Below, one piece after another: positions 39,903 through 64,000 of a stretch of 64,000 nucleotides of DNA. This DNA comes from Salpingoeca rosetta (lineage: Eukaryota > Protista > Choanoflagellata), in contig JAWQFM010000032.1 of the NCBI GenBank assembly GCA_033442325.1, positions 570,112 to 634,111 of the forward strand, read 5' to 3'. The notes beneath the pieces are model-generated. The model made no database searches. It was not told where the DNA came from and saw nothing but the letters and a program-made list of their open reading frames with translations. The stretch's first letter is position 1. Each line of letters begins with the position of its first letter. A program made the translations under genes and the position numbers.

Positions 39903-41002
39903 GGTTCTGTTCTTTTGACGAGACGCTTGAGGGGCCTGAGTGGATGGGGAACTGAAGAGGTTTGTGGGTATCTTTCGAGTGTTTTGCCTTCTGGCCGAAA
40001 ACCTGGAAGCTCACTTTTGCGGCCGCGCTTGATTTGAACACGCACAAGGTGTGGAGGTGTGCTTTGCTCTTTGCTGGGCTTCTCTTGGTGCAGCTTGAAC
40101 TTGACATCATGGCTTTGCAGCTGCAGCTGATGAGGGGAAGGGGGGAAGTCAAGATGCTTGCGCTCGCCATGCAGCCAGGCAGCAAGTGCAAGCGCAAGAC
40201 TCCAAACCCAAGACCTCACTTGGCTAACTTGGCTAACTTGGCTACCCACGCTCCGAGGGCTTGAGGGGAATTAATAGCTTTCTTGTTCGTTGATTGCTGC
40301 TCGAGCGAGCACCTTACCACTCCATATCAGAGAGCAAGAAGAGAAGAGCACACGTGTCCCGTCTTTCCTTGCAGATCTGCACGAGCAGAGAACAGGAGAG
40401 CCAAGAACTACACCAACGAACACTTCTCTCGTCTCTCGTGCGATGCCATCTAAGCATCTTGCGAAAAGTTGCACCTTCAAACAAACAAACACAAAACCGC
40501 ACAGTCATCCACAACGGCAAGCAAAACAAACCTACAAACAAACACAAACCATTGTCACTTTCCCAACAGCACCACGAGCAATCCAGAAACACACATCTCC
40601 CACAGCGTCCTGCCAACTTCCCTTCCTGCCTTCCCTTCCTGCCTGTGCTCTGCCACCACCACTCAAGGTGCTGGTTGTGGTTGCTGCCTGAAGGACAGAG
40701 CGCGTGCACTTTCCCTTATTTCATTTCGCATCAACGTGTCCCAACGCAGCTAGAAGAACACCTCAGCCACACAGCCAAGTGAACAGGCCTACAGGCGGAT
40801 TGCTGCTTTTCATCATCAAGAGTCTCAGACCCCATCTGCTTGCTCATCTCATCTCTGCAACCAGCAGTGTCTACCACAGGTCCACCAAACGGAAGAGCTG
40901 AAGAGAGCAAGCCACATTCAGCACTTTAGCACTTTCACCTTCTTTGTCCCTTCTTGACTTGATCCCTTCCAGGGTCCTCCGCCACACCATCGCGCACGAA
41001 GG

Positions 41003-42342
41003 ATGGAACCTCCAGGGCCTTCCACTCTCTCAACTTCCACCCACACACGGTCACCACCTGCGATTTCCGTGTTTGAGTGGGCCACGATCGCGCAGCACCT
41101 GTTGGAAACACAAAGCCAACCCGCAAGCCCAGGCGAGGAGCTCGACGACATGCCAAACCGCCGCCACCGCCACAGCAATGCGCGGGCCCTGTTCAACCTG
41201 ATGCTCACCTGCCGCAACCTGTACAATGAGCTGCCATGGGCAATGCCCAAGTGGCACCTGGCCAACCTCGGCCTGCTCGTGGGGTGTTCGGAGCACTGGT
41301 TGAAAGAGAGCTTCCCTGCTCAAGGACGGGCAGAAGCGAACCTTGCACTTGCAACAGACGCTCCATCGGCCAGCCACGGCAGCGAGCGACCACAAGACCA
41401 ACACCAACAACGCATGCAAGCTCACAGCGACACTGACCACCAGGTTCAAGTGTGGCTTGAGCGCCGCTTCCTCGCGTATTCGTGGCTCGGCATGACATGG
41501 AGCAGCACGTGTCCGTACCTGCAGTCACGCATCATGCTTTCCCCAGAGGCCTTCTGGGCTGACTTTTCACGTTACGGCCGGGTCGCATTCAAGAGCCTCG
41601 CAGCCATGCACGACTGGGCACCTCCACGGGACCTGGAGGAAGAGCAGCGACAGCTGCCACGACGTCAGGAAGGCCACGGACACCCTCAGCAGCAGAGAGC
41701 GGGCGATGACAATGGTGATGGTGATGGTGGTGATGATGGTGATGGTAGTGGTGATAATGATGGCGATGACAATCGTGTGGACGGGGGGCGCACGCACGAC
41801 TTGACACGGAGCTGGCCGGCTGCGTTTACCTTGGAAGCGACCATCCACTCCTCAGCAGATGCAACAAGGCTGGCAGAGCTTCGGGGCGCGTTCAGCAACG
41901 TCTCATGCCTGCGCATGATCTTGCAGGTGCGATCGCCTGGCCTTCGGCTCAGGATCCACCAAGCAGACACAGTTCACGTCAACCTTATCATTATCAGCGG
42001 TCGAGACTCCACAGTGTTTGAGGAATTATCAGACATCTCCCACATCATCATCAATCGCGCGACGCCGCTTCATATCCAAAGAATGCGCAACGTGCGCATG
42101 TGCACAGTGAGGCGCTCGTTCATCAGAGACTTCAGCCAGCTTTCTAGTCTGCAACACCTCGCCCTTCGCAAATGCCCGTTCACACTCTCTGATCTCGCAG
42201 CGTTGGCTGTTCCACCACGGCTAGAGTTCAGTGGGTGCACCTCTGGTGTTAGTGTACTGACACAGCAGCACTGGCCAACAACAGCGTTCAGCAATGCATC
42301 CATTGAGCAAGTGCAGCACGTGCTGGCCACTGGACTGGTGGG

Positions 42343-42382
<40 letters not shown>

Positions 42383-42825
42383 AAAGTGTGTGTGTGTGTG
42401 TGTGTGTGTGTTTGTGTTGGCGTCTGTGCATGAGATCATGAGTGGGAACTTGTGAGAAGAGAGTGGCACGGGGTGCCCTTGGCTTACCGGGTCTGCGTCC
42501 TCACCTCCTTCGTATGGCTGCTTGTGCCAGTCGCCCACGCTCGACGCAATATGGCAAATGGAAGAAAGGCGTCAGCGGCGTCGAGAGTACATGCGGAGGT
42601 ACCGGCAACGAGCGTATGAGGAGGTGAGTGCACTAAGACACATGATGACACTTGGTTGTTTCAATTGACACTTGATTGGTTGACTGTTGTTTGATGGCGC
42701 ACGCTCTTGCGATGTTTTGCATGTTGCATCCACTTTGTCTTTCAACCCCAGTGCTTGGATCACTGGTGAAACCGCTCCACTTCTCCTTGCAAACCCATTC
42801 GCACATTCCACGCTTCCAATACACA

Positions 42826-42856
<31 letters not shown>

Positions 42857-43061
42857 CAAAACGCACACACACACACACACCAAAACATGCATCTCCTCCT
42901 GTTTACCATCGTGACTGTAGCGTCGCTGGCTGCAGGCGCACAATCAACGGCTTCGCCAAGAGCTGGAGCAGCAACAGCAAGAGCTTCAACAGATGCGCTT
43001 GCTCCGGCAACAGTTGGAGTTGGAAGCATCGGCAAGCTCACACAACTTGTCCGACACGTAA
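41003..43061 (+). CDS. Lineage-specific F-box-like/LRR-like protein with C-terminal basic (REYMRRYR) plus coiled-coil tail
   Basis: Exons 41003-42337, 42531-42623 and 42936-43061 join in phase 0. F-box-like EWATIAQHL...LFNLMLTCRNLY; LRR-like FSQLSSLQHLALRKCPFTLSDL; tail EERRQRRREYMRRYRQRAYEE|AHNQRLRQELEQQQQELQQMRLLRQQLE. Confidence 0.6.
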
Positions 43062-43281
43062 TGTGTGGATGTGCCAGCAGTGACAGTCAATGATGGGGTC
43101 CTTTCTGCTGTTCAATGTCTCGAGGTCGAGGCTTCACTCACTCATTCCTTGGCATGAGTAAACGTCCTCGCTGCTGGGTTCCTCCTCTCCCCTCATTACT
43201 CAGCCTGGTCGTAACACGTGGAATGAAGAATGGAGAGCTTTAATTTGAACAGAATACACGTCAAACAACATGTTGGCTGGC

Positions 43282-43352
<71 letters not shown>

Positions 43353-43354
43353 CA

Positions 43355-46787
<3,433 letters not shown>

Positions 46788-47262
46788 CGTTTGTGTTGTG
46801 TTGTTTGTTGTGCAGTCTGTGTCTTTTTGCTCTTCTTGTATCTGCCGTTGGCAAGCTGTCAAATTTGACAGGTGAACAAGAAGACGAAGAAGAAGAAGAA
46901 CCGTCAGCACAGACACACTCTCTCACTGCTGCTTACTCATCCATCTCTCCACCAGCCAGCAGCGCCAAGCAAAGCCACACACAGACACGCGTACCTCTCC
47001 TGTCCTCTCCCTCCTCCTGTCCTGTCCATCCATCCACACGCACACGACGTACTTGCAAGCACACGTGTGTGTGTGTGCCTGTGTGTGTAGTTGCGCTTGG
47101 GAGCGCTGTAGGAGCTAACGGAAGGTGTTACGCAGGCAGAAGAACCGTCATCAGCCTCGGGTTTACGCACAGCGTCTTCGGCATCAGCGTCGTCGTTGTT
47201 TGACGCCAAAGCTCGCTGGAACATCGCTGCAGAGCCAATAACAAGAGGGCGCCGCCGCCGCC

Positions 47263-61396
<14,134 letters not shown>

Positions 61397-62217
61397 GCTC
61401 GCACACGTATGCGTGTGATTGCGCGCGTTTGTGTGTGTGTGCGTGTGTGTGTGTGCGTGTGTGTGCGTGTGTCGTGTGTGTGAGTGATAGTGTTCTGTCC
61501 TTTTTTTAGGGAGTTTCTTCCACCACCCGACTTGGCTTTTCACCGCCTTCCGTGTTTTGTTGGCCCACAAGTCATTGCTGTGCCGTGTTGTGCCTTCGCT
61601 AGCTTGATCGTCTGTAACTGTCCGTGCTTTTCATGTGCTTCTCGTGTTCTTGCTCATGTGCTTTTCGTTTCCATTCCGGCGCCGCCGCCAACCCCTCTCT
61701 GCGTGCGAGTAACGTGCGTTCCGTTGCCTTATCGTCATCATTCATTGGCCTTGGTGCACGTGTTCCCCCTCCCACCCCATTGTTCCTTTGCATCTGTGTT
61801 AGTTCACGCTCTTCCATCATCAGTCGTCGTCAGTAAACGCTCCGCTTGAACACAACAACATATGTATGTGCATTTGGGGGGGGGGGACGAAAGGAGTACA
61901 TGGACGCAGAAAGGACAGCACACATACAAATGCGTACAGGCAAGCATGAGCGACTGTCGTTTGGAGGAGGGCGAGGTGAGGCAAAACACATCTGAAGAAT
62001 GGCGGCGATGAACACAAGGTCGCCTGAGTGCGGCTCCATGCGAAACGGAAAGATGCATGTGGTTCACAAAACAAGAGCAAGCAAAACAGCAGGACGAACA
62101 GCAGGCAGAGCAACGTATGGGCGCAATGAACATGCATGCGCAAGGAAGTCGGGAGGGGCTGCACTCACTGGTGCTGAAGTGAAGTCAGTGCATTGGGTGA
62201 CATTTGAGCATCTCCGC

Positions 62218-63075
62218 TTAAGGCAAGCCGACATCAGCACAGCAGGCCATGGTGGCGTCACCCACAAACGCGTCGCGGCAACCTGGGGTGCGGCCGTTGT
62301 TCTTGGTGAGCTCGACAACGCCACGAATGTCGTTGGGGCAGAGCTCAGTGGACCACACGCTGTGACCACGAAGAAGGCGGCGGCAGCGCCCGCCAATGTC
62401 GAGGTTGAGGAGCTCCTCCTGCGAACACATGCGCGCGCCAATGCTCTCGCACAGGTAGTGGTTGTCGTACCATGTGCCCGTTGTGCACTGGGCCGACTCG
62501 AAGCGTGTCTGCACGCACACGTCGCCGTCGGCGGTCCAGCCGAGGTCAGCACACGTCTGCGCGCTTGTCTCGACAACACGACCGGTGTTCACAAGCGTGG
62601 GGCGGAAGAGGTTGGTGTAGAAGCGCATGTACACGACCTGCCAGCGGCTGAAGCGGTCAAGACACTCATCGTACGAGTAGTCCCTGTGGTGAGGGTGAGG
62701 ATATGAGGGAGAAGGAGGGAAGGCATGCGATGATGGGGATGGAGGAGAAGAGAGAGAGAGAGGAGGAAGGGGGTGGGGGTGGGAGGAGGGGAGGGTGGGT
62801 TGTATGCACATGTGGACGGGCGATTCGGCGAAAAGGTGAAGGAAGCCAATCCATGCAAAGACACAGGCAAGCAAGTAAGGAGACGCGCAAGCGTGGATGC
62901 ATGCATGCAAGCAAGCAAGCAGCGTACATAAAGTTGTGGATCTGCGAGCGGAGTATGATCGTCGAGGTAGGGGTAGGATAGAGGGCATTGGAAAGCGGGG
63001 GGGGGGGAGGTGAGTTGGAAGCGAAATTAGAGTGGCGATGGAACCAAAACGCAAGGCAAGTTCACACGCACGCAG

Positions 63076-63108
<33 letters not shown>

Positions 63109-64000
63109 GACAGACACACACACACACACACAGTGTCGCCGTCTTTCAAACAACGTCGTGTTCCTCATCCAGCGTGCTCGCCCGCACCTTCTCCCCCCTC
63201 CCCGTCTCATTCCCACTTTCACACTCACGTTGTCGTAGCCACGGCGGTGTGGGCACGTGTCAGCATCCACCTCTGCCGGACAGCCGTTCGTGGGATACTT
63301 CTGGGCAGGGGTGTCCCGAATGAAATCGCCGCCACGACGTGAGCAGGTGGTTCCTTGGAAGGTGTGCAGCAGGCCAAAGTAGTGCCCAGCCTCGTGCACA
63401 AGCGTGTAGCCTGCGTTGTAAGAGGTGATGAAGCCGCCGGGCAGCGTGCCGTAGTGCAGGTTGATGGCGTGCATGGGGGAGTCCTCGGGGGCATCCCAGG
63501 GGAACACGGCGACGCCGAGGAAGTAGTCAGAGGGGCACACCAGCACGTGGAGGGCCTCTGAAGCGTCGTCGATGAGCTCGTAGCGGGGGATGGTGTACAG
63601 GCTGGCGTCGCCGCAGTAGTAGGCCAGCAACGTGTTGTTGATGTAGGTGATGTTGGCGGTGTAAAAGCGCATGCCGGTGTCCTTTGATGCATCGACGCCC
63701 TGGCCCGCAAAGCGCTCGTTCATGACGGTGGTCTGGTTCTCAAGCTGGCCCTCGGGGACCCAGCCCGTGCCGTCCTCCTCGAAGATGACAATGTAGTTGA
63801 TGGGGATGTCGATCTCTTCGATGGTGTACGTGTCGAGGTAGTCTGCGACTTGGCGACGCATGGTCTCGTGGCCCTCGCCCTTGAACAGCGCCTCGCGCTT
63901 TGCGGCATCTGCCTGAGCCTCCGCGGCCTTGGCGTCAGCCTTGTCGGTGGCGACGGGCGGCATGGCACAGCGCGCGGGCTCAGCAGCCACGGCGGTGTGC
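62218..64000 (-). CDS. M43 (pappalysin/ulilysin-like) zinc metalloprotease with C-terminal Cys-rich domain; 5' end probably beyond window
   Basis: YNAGYTLVHEAGHYFGLLHTFQG, DFIRDTP; Met-turn IHNFM|DYS built from exons ..63228, 62928-62941 and 62683-62218. Confidence 0.9.

Overview
Intron-rich, GC-rich eukaryotic genomic DNA with very dense (CA/TG)n, (CAT)n, (CAA)n and (CAC)n microsatellites and four assembly gaps. Gene content and repeat style suggest a choanoflagellate, most likely Salpingoeca rosetta (inference). I assembled about 12 genes by hand using GT-AG splicing. In order: RIOX1/NO66 JmjC oxygenase (+, 5' truncated); single-coding-exon NYN RNase with CCCH/CCHC fingers (+); N-myristoylated SHIP-like inositol 5-phosphatase (+); ankyrin protein (-, runs into a gap); FAM149 homolog (+); C2-myotubularin-FYVE phosphatase (-); signal peptide + TM + C-terminal bZIP-like protein (+); HET/TIR-like-TPR-PH protein (-); F-box-like/LRR-like protein with a related basic-coiled-coil tail (+); NME7 (-); KIF13-type kinesin-3 with CAP-Gly (+); M43 metalloprotease (-, 5' truncated). 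The top candidate for a novel system is the type I membrane protein at 33221-36740, which looks like a one-component receptor-transcription factor. Its atypical R-R-[DE]-Y-M-x-x-Y-R basic module, with the same intron position, recurs 6 kb away on an otherwise unrelated gene. Most short ORFs in the supplied track are microsatellite artefacts. All exon coordinates are manual and may be off by a few nt.
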